The notes under the pieces: generated by a model
Told to the model about the DNA's origin: nothing
Seen by the model: the letters and a program-made list of their open reading frames with translations, nothing else
Database searches by the model: none
DNA from: Eubacteriales bacterium
GTDB lineage: Bacteria > Bacillota > Clostridia > Oscillospirales > CAG-272
Reading direction: 5' to 3'
Length of the DNA stretch: 51,940 bases
NCBI GenBank assembly: GCA_045605745.1
Contig: JAZUQN010000031.1
Location: forward strand, 1 to 51,940
Position numbers and translations under genes: made by a program
Shown: one piece after another, positions 24,826 through 33,762 of the stretch
How positions within the stretch are numbered: position 1 is the first letter of the stretch
Layout of the letters: each line of letters opens with the position of its first letter

Positions 24826-26271
24826 ATGAAATCAAAGCTCTGTTTTTTCATAATAACACTGTGTTTTCTTTTTATCTTCGGATGCGGTGAAAAAGCTTTA
24901 GAATATTCATTTACAAATGTTATAGAGGAAAATGTCACCTCCGATGGGCATTCGAGAAATGTGCGCATTATGCGTCTTGATACCAATTCAAAACATTCCG
25001 ATGAAATAAACGATGCGCTATCCACTAAATTTGTCAACATATATAATGACTATATGGCAGGCAAGGGAGACACCTTTGGCTCTCTTGTGATTGATTATAC
25101 ATATCATCTTGGGGGAGATATTCTCTCGGTAACAGGTATTGCTGACATTCCAAAGGCGGAGATGCATACTCTGTTTTCGAGAAGTATATATCTTGACACG
25201 GAAAAAGATGTGCTCTACACCGCCGAAGAATATTCTGAGATCCTTGGTATAGACTTAAACGCCGTAAAAGAAAAAGTTTCAAAGGAAATCGGCGGAGATC
25301 TTGATGTAGAGCCATCGTTTGACGGCCTGTTTCATCACAACGGCGACATTGTTTTTATATTCAGCAAAGAGAACCCTTGGCATGGCTACACCGTTTTTTA
25401 TAACTATACAAAAAACACCTATGGCCAGGCAAGCGGCCTCGGATTTTCCGGATTTGATTCTCTTAAAATAGAAAAGGCAGAGCTGCACTTTTATGAAAGT
25501 GATATGCATATCCCGGAACAGGTGAAATTGGTCGGAAAAACTATACATTTCAAAAATACAATAGGAGAAAGCGAGCCTCTCTATTTTTCAAGCTTTTTCA
25601 ATCGTTATTTTGCGGGTTTTTATGGCGATATCAGCATAGAAAAGATTTTTGTGGGTGAGGCTGTGCTTGAGGTTTCACCTTCACATTATAATGATTATAT
25701 GGGATTAAAAGCCCTTAATATCAATTCAATATCCGCTTTTGGGCACACACTTGAGCTTTATAACCCTATTTTGCTTGATGGATTAAAACGTGTACCGATT
25801 TATTATACAGACGATTACTTTCTGTTTTCAGATAACCTGATTATAACAAAGCAAGGAATACACCTCTTTGAAGATTATTCTAACGGGGGATGGACAGAAA
25901 ATACTATTGTTACCGAAATATTTATCGAATATGACGGAAGCCTTGCTTATATAAAAAGACCAATAAAATATCCTATTGCGTATAATGAGCATCGTGAAAG
26001 AATACTTAAAAATTGCACTTCAACCGATGAATTTTGCCGAGAATACGGAAGGATCCGTATTGAGGACGGGAACTTAAGCTTTGTTCCGGAAAAAACTTTC
26101 ACCGTTTCCGAAGTCTACAATCTTTCTGCTATGCTTGATTATCTTTATGAGACATATGATGAGAACACTGTCAACAGCCGACTCGGTATACAAGAAAAAA
26201 TGACACTCTCCCAGCTTATTGCATACAATGCCCTGAAATACAGCAATGAAAATGCGAGTCAAACGCCGTAA
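24826..26271 (+). CDS. lipoprotein of unknown function (481 aa)
   Basis: Signal peptide with a lipobox, LFIFGC. GGAGGGG RBS. I recognised no catalytic motif. Confidence 0.6.
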   Translation: MKSKLCFFIITLCFLFIFGCGEKALEYSFTNVIEENVTSDGHSRNVRIMRLDTNSKHSDEINDALSTKFVNIYNDYMAGKGDTFGSLVIDYTYHLGGDILSVTGIADIPKAEMHTLFSRSIYLDTEKDVLYTAEEYSEILGIDLNAVKEKVSKEIGGDLDVEPSFDGLFHHNGDIVFIFSKENPWHGYTVFYNYTKNTYGQASGLGFSGFDSLKIEKAELHFYESDMHIPEQVKLVGKTIHFKNTIGESEPLYFSSFFNRYFAGFYGDISIEKIFVGEAVLEVSPSHYNDYMGLKALNINSISAFGHTLELYNPILLDGLKRVPIYYTDDYFLFSDNLIITKQGIHLFEDYSNGGWTENTIVTEIFIEYDGSLAYIKRPIKYPIAYNEHRERILKNCTSTDEFCREYGRIRIEDGNLSFVPEKTFTVSEVYNLSAMLDYLYETYDENTVNSRLGIQEKMTLSQLIAYNALKYSNENASQTP

Positions 26272-26309
26272 TTTGGCGAAACAGGCAGATTTATCACCAT
26301 AAAGTTGCC

Positions 26310-26338
26310 TTGACAAAAAATTATTTATGTGATATACT
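26310..26338 (+). promoter_or_regulatory. sigma-A promoter of the 26372 lipoprotein gene
   Basis: TTGACA, a 17-nt spacer, then TATACT. Confidence 0.6.
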
Positions 26339-26371
26339 GTTTAAGTTACATATGTGCAAGGAGGTTATGAA

Positions 26372-27199
26372 ATGAAATTAAGTATACTAACGGCAGCTCT
26401 GATTGTTTCATTGCTTTTTGCAATATTTATGACATCCTGTAAAAAAGAAACGGCTACAAATAATGCCGAAACCGATATAAGCACAGATACAAATTTTATT
26501 ACCGAAACAGCTGCGGAGAGCACCCCGGTCTCACCGGATACCGAAGCTGAGTCTGAGGACACAGCTCCAGTTGTTTCGCCAAACGAGAATTTAAGAGTGC
26601 CCCTTGAAAACGAAAAAGCAGTTGATATGATAGAATTTCAGTATAAAAAGGCCACTGAAATCATCGACTGGGTAAAAAACGGGTCCCTTAATGCAGATAT
26701 TAACGATCCGATAGCGATGGAGGACGGCAGTATTTACTTCCCCATTATCGACACTGTGGCAAGACCTGAGCTTGACGGTAGATCTATTTGCACATTTGAC
26801 GATCTTTCTGCATATATCAAGGGGGTTTTTGCGCGTGCAATAGCTGCCGATCTTGTTGATATGGCAAAGGAGCATTATGCTGATGTTGACGGAATCCTTT
26901 GCAAAGAGGCTACTTATACAGACACAGAACCTGATGTAATGCCGCCGCAGGACGAACCCGACAATTCCGAAGAGCAGCCTCAAAAGCCAAAGGTAGTTCT
27001 GACAGAGTTTTTTCTCAGCAAATTTACGGATTCTATGTTCAGATATACTGCAAAAGTTACCTATGAAAAGCAATTTGATGAGGTAGCTGAAAATCCCGGC
27101 GATATAAATGCTGCTGAGAGCAACATAGAGTATTTTGACTTCATTTTTGAAAACACGGGAAGTGGATGGTATTGGACAGAGTTCCCTGCTCTTCCGTAA
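26372..27199 (+). CDS. lipoprotein of unknown function with an acidic Thr/Glu/Pro-rich linker (275 aa)
   Basis: MKLSILTAALIVSLLFAIFMTSCKKE contains the lipobox. AGGAGG RBS. The low-complexity linker is ETDISTDTNFITETAAESTPVSPDTEAESEDTAP. Confidence 0.6.
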   Translation: MKLSILTAALIVSLLFAIFMTSCKKETATNNAETDISTDTNFITETAAESTPVSPDTEAESEDTAPVVSPNENLRVPLENEKAVDMIEFQYKKATEIIDWVKNGSLNADINDPIAMEDGSIYFPIIDTVARPELDGRSICTFDDLSAYIKGVFARAIAADLVDMAKEHYADVDGILCKEATYTDTEPDVMPPQDEPDNSEEQPQKPKVVLTEFFLSKFTDSMFRYTAKVTYEKQFDEVAENPGDINAAESNIEYFDFIFENTGSGWYWTEFPALP

Positions 27200-27274
27200 T
27201 AAGCTTGGTGCTATGCGCGGTTTCAGAGCCGCACTTTGCATATAAATATAATATAAAGAGAAGGAGGTGAATAT

Positions 27275-27943
27275 ATGATAGAAGAGCTCACTTGCTCTGC
27301 TCTGTTTGAGCGTGGGCACAGTGCGGCAGAGAAGCTTATTTTTTCCTATGAATACCCTTGGGAAGTTCTTTCTCATATTGGTGATTTTATCCTTGAATAC
27401 GGCAAGACGCTTTCAAAAGACGGATACGATTCTCCCTCAGAAGGCATATGGATCGCAAAAAGCGCAAAGGTTAGTCCCCTTGCTAATATCAGCGGACCTT
27501 GTGTTGTGGGTGAGAACACTGAAATTCGTCAGTGCGCCTTTATTCGCGGCAAAGCACTTATTGGAAACGGATGCGTTATCGGAAACTCCACAGAGCTTAA
27601 GAACTGCATAATTTCCGATGGATGCCAGGTTCCTCATTTCAATTATGTTGGAGATTCTATCCTTGGCTACAAGGCTCATATGGGCGCAGGCTCGGTAACA
27701 TCAAATGTGAAGAGCGACAAGACACTTATAGCTATAAAAGTGGATAATATGAAAATTGAAACCGGACTTAAAAAATTCGGTGCTATGCTTGGCGACTATG
27801 CCGAGATCGGATGCAACAGCGTCCTCAATCCCGGAACAGTTATCGGCAAAAATTCAAATGTTTATCCCCTTTCAAGCGTCAGAGGCTTCGTGCCGCCAAA
27901 AAGTATCTTTAAAGCCCCACATGATGTGGTAACGAAAAAATAA
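27275..27943 (+). CDS. left-handed beta-helix (hexapeptide) acyltransferase resembling the GlmU C-terminal domain only
   Basis: 222 aa. Repeated [LIV]G-x4 hexapeptides (IGNGCVIGNSTELKNCIISDGCQV, LGDYAEIGCNSVLNPGTVIGKNSNV). No N-terminal nucleotidyltransferase domain. It lies immediately upstream of glmM. Confidence 0.65.
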   Translation: MIEELTCSALFERGHSAAEKLIFSYEYPWEVLSHIGDFILEYGKTLSKDGYDSPSEGIWIAKSAKVSPLANISGPCVVGENTEIRQCAFIRGKALIGNGCVIGNSTELKNCIISDGCQVPHFNYVGDSILGYKAHMGAGSVTSNVKSDKTLIAIKVDNMKIETGLKKFGAMLGDYAEIGCNSVLNPGTVIGKNSNVYPLSSVRGFVPPKSIFKAPHDVVTKK

Positions 27944-27962
27944 TCAAAAGGAAGGTATTCAA

Positions 27963-29351
27963 ATGGGAAGACTATTCGGTACAGATGGCGTTAGAGGTAT
28001 CGCCAACACCGAGCTAAGCTGTGAAAGGGCAATGGAAATCGGACGCGCAGCAGCTGAAGTTTTAGCTGAGGGCTGCAGACGTAGACCGCTTTTTGTCATT
28101 GGCTCAGACACAAGAACCTCATCCGATATGCTTTCATGCGCAGTGATGGCAGGAATTTGCTCTATGGGTGCTGATGTTATCAGCCTCGGAGTTGTGCCAA
28201 CACCGGCGGTGGCTTACCTTGTCGGAAAATACAAGGCAGATGCGGGAATTATGATCTCCGCTTCTCACAACCCCTCTGAATTTAACGGAATCAAGATTTT
28301 CAGCGGCGACGGCTATAAGCTGCCGGATGCTCTTGAAGAAAGGATCGAAGCTATAGTTCTTGATCACGAGACAGCTCTCCAAAAGCCCACAGGTGCTGAG
28401 GTTGGAAAAATCACTCATGCAAATAAGGCTATTAAGGACTATATCGACCATGTGAAAAGCAGCGTGCTCTATTCTCTTGACGGTATGAACATTGCGGTTG
28501 ATTGTTCAAACGGCAGTGCAAGCGCAAGTGCAGCTCAGCTTTTCTCAGATCTGGGTGCAAAGGCTCATATCCTTAATGATTCTCCCAATGGAGCAAACAT
28601 CAATGAAAACTGCGGTTCAACTCATATCGATGCACTTGCAAGCTATGTGGTTGAAAACGGCCTTGAATGCGGTGTTGCTTTTGACGGCGATGCTGACAGA
28701 TGTCTGGCGGTTGACGAAAAGGGCAATGTTATCGACGGTGATATGATCATGGCTATATGTGCTCTTGATCTCATGGAGCGCGGCAGACTTAATCGCAGTG
28801 CAGTTGTTGGAACTATTATGACAAACTTTGGCTTTGGCAAATTCTGCGAAGAAAATGATCTGAAATTTGTTGCCACAAAGGTTGGCGATAGATTTGTCCT
28901 TGAGGAAATGCTGCTTGAAGATTATTCCTTTGGCGGTGAACAGTCCGGACACATAATTTTCAGAGATTTTGCTACAACAGGTGATGGCCAGCTTACAGCT
29001 TGTCAGCTTCTTTCTCTTATTCGCCGCAAACAGAAAAAGCTCTCCGAGCTTGCATCTGTTATGACACGCTATCCTCAAAAAATAGTGAATCTTTCGGTGA
29101 ATTCAGAAGGCAAGCTTCTCTTCTACACAGACAAGGATGTAAAGGATGCCATTGAAGAAGCAAAGACCACTCTTGGAGACAGCGGAAGAATAGTTGTTCG
29201 TCCTTCGGGCACAGAGCCGCTTATAAGAGTTATGGCAGAGGGCAAGGACATGAAGCAGATCGAGGAGGTTTGCGAGACGGTTGCCTCGGTTATCGAAAAG
29301 AAGCTGGGCGGCACAAGAAAAATTAAGAAAACTAAAGCGCCAGACCTTTAA
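27963..29351 (+). CDS. glmM: phosphoglucosamine mutase
   Basis: MGRLFGTDGVRG. SASHNP phosphoserine loop. FDGDADRC metal loop. GEQSGH. Confidence 0.9.
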   Translation: MGRLFGTDGVRGIANTELSCERAMEIGRAAAEVLAEGCRRRPLFVIGSDTRTSSDMLSCAVMAGICSMGADVISLGVVPTPAVAYLVGKYKADAGIMISASHNPSEFNGIKIFSGDGYKLPDALEERIEAIVLDHETALQKPTGAEVGKITHANKAIKDYIDHVKSSVLYSLDGMNIAVDCSNGSASASAAQLFSDLGAKAHILNDSPNGANINENCGSTHIDALASYVVENGLECGVAFDGDADRCLAVDEKGNVIDGDMIMAICALDLMERGRLNRSAVVGTIMTNFGFGKFCEENDLKFVATKVGDRFVLEEMLLEDYSFGGEQSGHIIFRDFATTGDGQLTACQLLSLIRRKQKKLSELASVMTRYPQKIVNLSVNSEGKLLFYTDKDVKDAIEEAKTTLGDSGRIVVRPSGTEPLIRVMAEGKDMKQIEEVCETVASVIEKKLGGTRKIKKTKAPDL

Positions 29352-29470
29352 AAAAGGTTGACGAGGAGAGAAATTATCGAAATATTCGGCGGATGTTTCT
29401 CCGGCAGTGCATACTGTCGCAGTCTGTCAGCAAATATACGAGCAATTGTAAAACAAATGGACAGACAAAA
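29336..29470 (+). ncRNA. glmS ribozyme (GlcN6P-dependent self-cleaving leader)
   Basis: A/GCGCCAGACCTTTAAAAAAGGTTGACGAGGAGAGAAATTATCGAAATATTCGGCGGATGTTTCTCCGGCAGTGCATACTGTCGC matches the conserved core (AGCGCC, GACGAGG, TATCGAA, TTCGGCGGATG). It lies directly upstream of glmS. The 3' boundary is approximate. Confidence 0.85.
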
Positions 29471-29547
29471 ATGCAAAATAAAATTTTTCAGAAAGATCGG
29501 GCAGAACGCCTGACTTTTCGGGCTTCTGCCCGCACAGGTAATTATAT

Positions 29548-31386
29548 ATGTGTGGAATTATTGGCTACACGGGAGAAAAAAACTCTCTCCCTTATCTGCT
29601 TGAAGGCCTCCGCGCTCTGGAATACCGCGGATATGACTCTGCAGGAGTTGCGCTTCAAGAAGAGGGGGTAATAAACACCGTTAAATCAAAGGGCAGAATT
29701 GATAATTTGGAGGAAAAAATAAATTCTTCCAAAGAGAAAACCGAGGGTCATTGCGGCATTGGTCATACTCGCTGGGCAACTCACGGCGCACCGTCCGATG
29801 TAAATTCTCACCCCCACAGTTCAGAAAATCTCTCACTTGTACATAACGGAATAATCGAAAACTATGCCGAGATCGAGGAAATGCTGAAGGGCGAAGGCTA
29901 TAGCTTCCTTTCCGAGACGGATACAGAAGCGGCGGCAAAGCTGATTGACTATTATTATGTTAAATTCAATGATCCTGTCAAGGCAATATTTGAGGCCACT
30001 GATATCATAAGAGGCTCATATGCCTTTGGAGTTATATTTAAGGATAAGCCCGGCGTTATATACGCAACAAGAAAGGATAGTCCACTAATTGTTGCTTCGA
30101 ATGAAGAGGGGGGTTTTATTGCCTCGGATATTCCTGCAATTTTACGTCACACAAGCAGTTATTATCAGCTTGATGAAGGAATTGTTGCGTCAATCGGCAA
30201 AAGCGGTACAAGCTTTTTTGATAGAAAAGGCAATGAACGCTCCCAAAAAAGACTCACCGTCGATTGGAATGTTGAGCAAGCGCAAAAAGGCGGCTTCCCA
30301 CATTTCATGATCAAGGAGATTCATGAAGAGCCTGAAGCTATACGCAAAACGATCTCAACTCGCATAGGCGAGGATGGTTTGCCGAACTTTGGAATCAAGG
30401 AGCTTGATATTTTGCGACTTGCAAAATTCAAAAACATCCATATTGTTGCTTGCGGAACAGCTATGCACGCAGGACTCATTGGCAAACATATCATCGAAAA
30501 GCTGGCAAGGGTGCCGGTTAATGTAGATATCGCCTCAGAATTTCGCTATCGTGATCCTATTCTCGGCAAGGATGATCTTGTGATTCTTCTTTCACAATCC
30601 GGCGAAACAGCAGACACGCTTGCAGCGCTCCGCCACGCCAAGTCACAGGGCGTTTACACCCTTTCAATTGTGAATGTTATTGGTTCAAGCGTTGCAAGAG
30701 AGGCAGACAGCGTGCTATATACTTGGGCCGGTCCCGAAATTTCGGTTGCAAGCACAAAGGCATATAGCGTTCAATGTGCTCTGCTCTATCTCTTTGCAAT
30801 TCAGCTTGCAAGGGCTTGCGGAAGGCTGGATGACGAAAAAGCAAAAGAGCTTTGCCACACGCTTTGCGAAAAAGTGCCAAAGGATGTTTCAAATGCACTT
30901 TTGCTGAATGATGACATCAAAAAGAGCGCAAGACATTATCTTTCAAGCGAGCATCTTTTCTTTATTGGAAGAGGCATCGACAGCGCACTTTGCTCTGAGG
31001 CATCACTGAAGCTTAAGGAAATCTCATATATTCACAGCGAGGCTTATGCTGCCGGAGAGCTAAAGCATGGAACGATATCTCTTATTACAGATGGGATTCC
31101 GGTTGTTGCGCTTATAACCTCCATGTCTCTTGCAGAAAAAATGATCTCGGGCATAAGAGAGGTTAAAAGCAGAGGCGCAAAGGTTCTTTGCATAACAACG
31201 AGAGAGATTGCAGAAAAATACGCAATACCCGCAGATAAAATAATTTCGGTTTCGGATACAGAAGAGGATTTTGCAGCCTTTTCTGTTGCAACACTAATAC
31301 AGCTTTTCGCATATCATGTTGCCGCACAGCGCGGTTGCGATGTGGATAAACCAAGAAACCTTGCAAAATCCGTTACCGTTGAATAG
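29548..31386 (+). CDS. glmS: glutamine--fructose-6-phosphate aminotransferase
   Basis: MCGIIGY with the N-terminal nucleophile Cys. Two SIS domains. C-terminal KSVTVE. Confidence 0.95.
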   Translation: MCGIIGYTGEKNSLPYLLEGLRALEYRGYDSAGVALQEEGVINTVKSKGRIDNLEEKINSSKEKTEGHCGIGHTRWATHGAPSDVNSHPHSSENLSLVHNGIIENYAEIEEMLKGEGYSFLSETDTEAAAKLIDYYYVKFNDPVKAIFEATDIIRGSYAFGVIFKDKPGVIYATRKDSPLIVASNEEGGFIASDIPAILRHTSSYYQLDEGIVASIGKSGTSFFDRKGNERSQKRLTVDWNVEQAQKGGFPHFMIKEIHEEPEAIRKTISTRIGEDGLPNFGIKELDILRLAKFKNIHIVACGTAMHAGLIGKHIIEKLARVPVNVDIASEFRYRDPILGKDDLVILLSQSGETADTLAALRHAKSQGVYTLSIVNVIGSSVAREADSVLYTWAGPEISVASTKAYSVQCALLYLFAIQLARACGRLDDEKAKELCHTLCEKVPKDVSNALLLNDDIKKSARHYLSSEHLFFIGRGIDSALCSEASLKLKEISYIHSEAYAAGELKHGTISLITDGIPVVALITSMSLAEKMISGIREVKSRGAKVLCITTREIAEKYAIPADKIISVSDTEEDFAAFSVATLIQLFAYHVAAQRGCDVDKPRNLAKSVTVE

Positions 31387-31398
31387 AATCTTTTTTGA

Positions 31399-31436
31399 AA
31401 AAAAGGGCTGATTCGTTTGAATCAGCCCTCTTTTCG
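31399..31436. terminator. bidirectional intrinsic terminator
   Basis: AGGGCTGATTC / GAATCAGCCCT stem flanked by an A-run and a T-run. Confidence 0.8.
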
Positions 31437-31442
31437 GAAAAA

Positions 31443-31544
31443 TCAGCAGCCGCAATGGCAGCAGGAAAGAAGAAGGATAGCTATGATGATAAGCCAAATA
31501 ATGTTGTTGTCATCAAAAATGTTGCAAAGGCAGTTGTTATTCAT
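31443..31544 (-). CDS. 33-aa Cys-rich membrane micropeptide
   Basis: MNNNCLCNIFDDNNIIWLIIIAILLLSCCHCGC. GGAGGAA lies 5 nt upstream of the ATG at 31544. The 99-aa ORF-track call is an upstream extension with no RBS. Confidence 0.5.
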   Translation of the reverse strand: MNNNCLCNIFDDNNIIWLIIIAILLLSCCHCGC

Positions 31545-31642
31545 ATAAGTTCCTCCAAAAATTTTTGAGGGCTTTTTTGCCTCTCTGTTAGCATAATATG
31601 TCGCTGCTATAATTTTGTTACTCTTTTTTGTCGAAAGAGAGC

Positions 31643-31671
31643 TTGAAAAAAATTTTTTATTATGGTACAAT
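31643..31671 (+). promoter_or_regulatory. sigma-A promoter of luxS-mtnN
   Basis: TTGAAA, a 17-nt spacer, then TACAAT. Confidence 0.55.
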
Positions 31672-31700
31672 ATATCAAACAAAAAAGCTTGGAGGCTTAA

Positions 31701-32177
31701 ATGAATACACCAAGAAAAATCGAATCCTTTAAAGTTGATCACGACTTTATCTTGCCCGGAATATATGTTTCAAGAATAGATGGGGACATCACAACCTATG
31801 ATATGCGAACCAGAGAGCCCAATATGGGAGATTATATGGATGATCTTACTATGCATTCGATGGAGCATATGTTTGCCACCTTTGTGCGTAGCTCAAGGAT
31901 AGGCGAAAAGGTGATATATTTTGGTCCTATGGGATGTCAAACAGGTTTTTATCTTTTAGTCAGAGATGCGGATAATAATGAAGTTTTGGCCGTTGTTAAG
32001 GACGTGCTAAAGCAAATAATCGAGCATCCCGGAGAAATGTTTGGGGCAAGCCGAAAGGAATGTGGAAATTATATGAACCTTGATCTTGATGCCGCAAAAA
32101 AGGAATGCCGCCGATATCTCTCGGCACTTGAGGAAAAAAAGAATATTGATTTTGTTTATCCCACGGAGGCGAAATAA
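31701..32177 (+). CDS. luxS: S-ribosylhomocysteine lyase
   Basis: HSMEHMFATF (HxxEH metal site) and GCQTGFY. Confidence 0.9.
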   Translation: MNTPRKIESFKVDHDFILPGIYVSRIDGDITTYDMRTREPNMGDYMDDLTMHSMEHMFATFVRSSRIGEKVIYFGPMGCQTGFYLLVRDADNNEVLAVVKDVLKQIIEHPGEMFGASRKECGNYMNLDLDAAKKECRRYLSALEEKKNIDFVYPTEAK

Positions 32178-32178
32178 A

Positions 32179-32871
32179 ATGAGAATAGGAATTATCGGTG
32201 CTATGTCCTGTGAAACAGAGGCACTTAAAAATATGCTCACTGAGGCGGTTTCAGAAAAATTCAGCGGTGTTGAATATTCTATCGGCAAGCTCTTTGGCAG
32301 AGAGGTCATTATTGCCACCTGTGGCATCGGAAAGGTCTTTGCTGCTATATGTGCACAAACAATGATACTTCGTTATTCACCTGATGTTATTATTAATACA
32401 GGCGTTGCAGGCACTCTTTGCGATAGGCTTTCTGTGTGCGATATTGCCATTTCATCGAATGTTGTTCAGCATGATATGGACACGTCTGCCATCGGAGATC
32501 CTGTTGGACTGATCTCCGGCATAAACATTATAAATATCCCCGCAGACAAGGAGCTTTGCAGTGCTGTATATACTCACGCAGATAAGCTGGGCATCAAAGC
32601 TGTTTGCGGTACCATTGCATCGGGCGATGTTTTTGTTGCTGATGCGGAGAAAAAGAAATATATAACCGACACCTTTGGTGCTGTTGCCTGCGAAATGGAG
32701 GGGGCCAGCATAGGACAGGTCTGCTATGTAAATTCTGTGCCCTTTGTTGTGATTCGTGCGATTTCAGACGGTGGCGACGAGAGTGCAGCTATGAGCTATG
32801 ATAAATTTGTCACCATAGCGGCAGAAAATTCCGTTAAGCTTGTCTGTGAACTTGTGAAAAATATCAAGTGA
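32179..32871 (+). CDS. mtnN: 5'-methylthioadenosine/S-adenosylhomocysteine nucleosidase
   Basis: MRIGIIGAMSCE, VACEMEGASIGQVC and RAISD. The ATG lies 1 nt after the luxS stop, with a GGAGG RBS. Confidence 0.85.
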   Translation: MRIGIIGAMSCETEALKNMLTEAVSEKFSGVEYSIGKLFGREVIIATCGIGKVFAAICAQTMILRYSPDVIINTGVAGTLCDRLSVCDIAISSNVVQHDMDTSAIGDPVGLISGINIINIPADKELCSAVYTHADKLGIKAVCGTIASGDVFVADAEKKKYITDTFGAVACEMEGASIGQVCYVNSVPFVVIRAISDGGDESAAMSYDKFVTIAAENSVKLVCELVKNIK

Positions 32872-32878
32872 TTAGTGT

Positions 32879-32921
32879 AAAAAAATGCATATCGCGCTTG
32901 CTTGCGATATGCATTTTTTTA
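32879..32921. terminator. bidirectional intrinsic terminator
   Basis: AAAAAATGCATATCGC / GCGATATGCATTTTTT stem. Confidence 0.85.
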
Positions 32922-33719
32922 TTTTCCCAAAAATCTTTTTTTATATTCCATTGGAGAGAAGCCGGTTATTTGGCGAAAAATCCTTCTGAAATATATGTGG
33001 GAATTAAAATTCAGCTTGTTGCTGATTTCTGTCATAGTGTAATTTCCGTCCTCAAGATATTCAATCGCTTTTTTAATGCGGAGATCATTTCTATAATGAA
33101 TCGGCGAGCAATGCATTTCCTCCCGAAACCTATGATAGAGACGGGATTCTGATAGGTGGCAATACCCTGCAATATCCGAAACAGAAAAATTGGTTAAATA
33201 TTCTGAATGGATAAATTCAAGAGCTTTTGCAATAGCAGGAGAAAAAGCAGGCTTTTCCTTTGCTCTTAGCTTGGACAGCATTTTGCTCCAAAGTATGTAA
33301 AAATTTGAGAGAGACAAGAACCTTTGTTCATCATCCTTTTCATAATATTCATATATCTTGCGGATTATATTTCCTATATCTTCCGAATTATCTTTCTCTA
33401 TCATTTGAAGGCAGAAGTCTTGGTCTGGTCTAATCTCTTCCGGATGATTAAAATAAAAATCCACACTGAAAAACTCAATATTTGGGGTGCCGGTCCACAC
33501 AGTTGTGTATTTTACGCCACCGGGCAAATAAAGGATATCGCCGGGTCCTGCGCAAATCTCTCCCCCCGAAGCTTTTATCACCACACTGCCCTTTTCTATA
33601 TAACCGATACGAGTGTTCTGCTTACCGTTTTTTGCAACACTGATCTCCTTATGTTGATAGGAAAAATGGGTTGATGAAAAGGATGAGAGCAAAAATTGGC
33701 TTGTGCAAATTCTATTCAC
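32919..33719 (-). CDS. AraC family transcriptional regulator (cupin plus HTH)
   Basis: C-terminal AraC HTH (YCHLSESRLYHRFREEMHCSPIHYRNDLRIKKAIEYL...IYFRRIFRQITGFSPMEY). I prefer a GTG start at 33719 with AAAGGAG 8 nt upstream. The longer call overlaps the upstream gene by 68 nt. Confidence 0.75.
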   Translation of the reverse strand: MNRICTSQFLLSSFSSTHFSYQHKEISVAKNGKQNTRIGYIEKGSVVIKASGGEICAGPGDILYLPGGVKYTTVWTGTPNIEFFSVDFYFNHPEEIRPDQDFCLQMIEKDNSEDIGNIIRKIYEYYEKDDEQRFLSLSNFYILWSKMLSKLRAKEKPAFSPAIAKALEFIHSEYLTNFSVSDIAGYCHLSESRLYHRFREEMHCSPIHYRNDLRIKKAIEYLEDGNYTMTEISNKLNFNSHIYFRRIFRQITGFSPMEYKKRFLGK

Positions 33720-33762
33720 AAAAAAGCTCCTTTCTAAGAAAAAGCTGTTTAATGATCTGTTA

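Noticed and set aside
29393-29671. 92-aa plus-strand ORF upstream of and overlapping the glmS start.
   Set aside because: It spans the glmS ribozyme and leader. It has no RBS and is out of frame with glmS.
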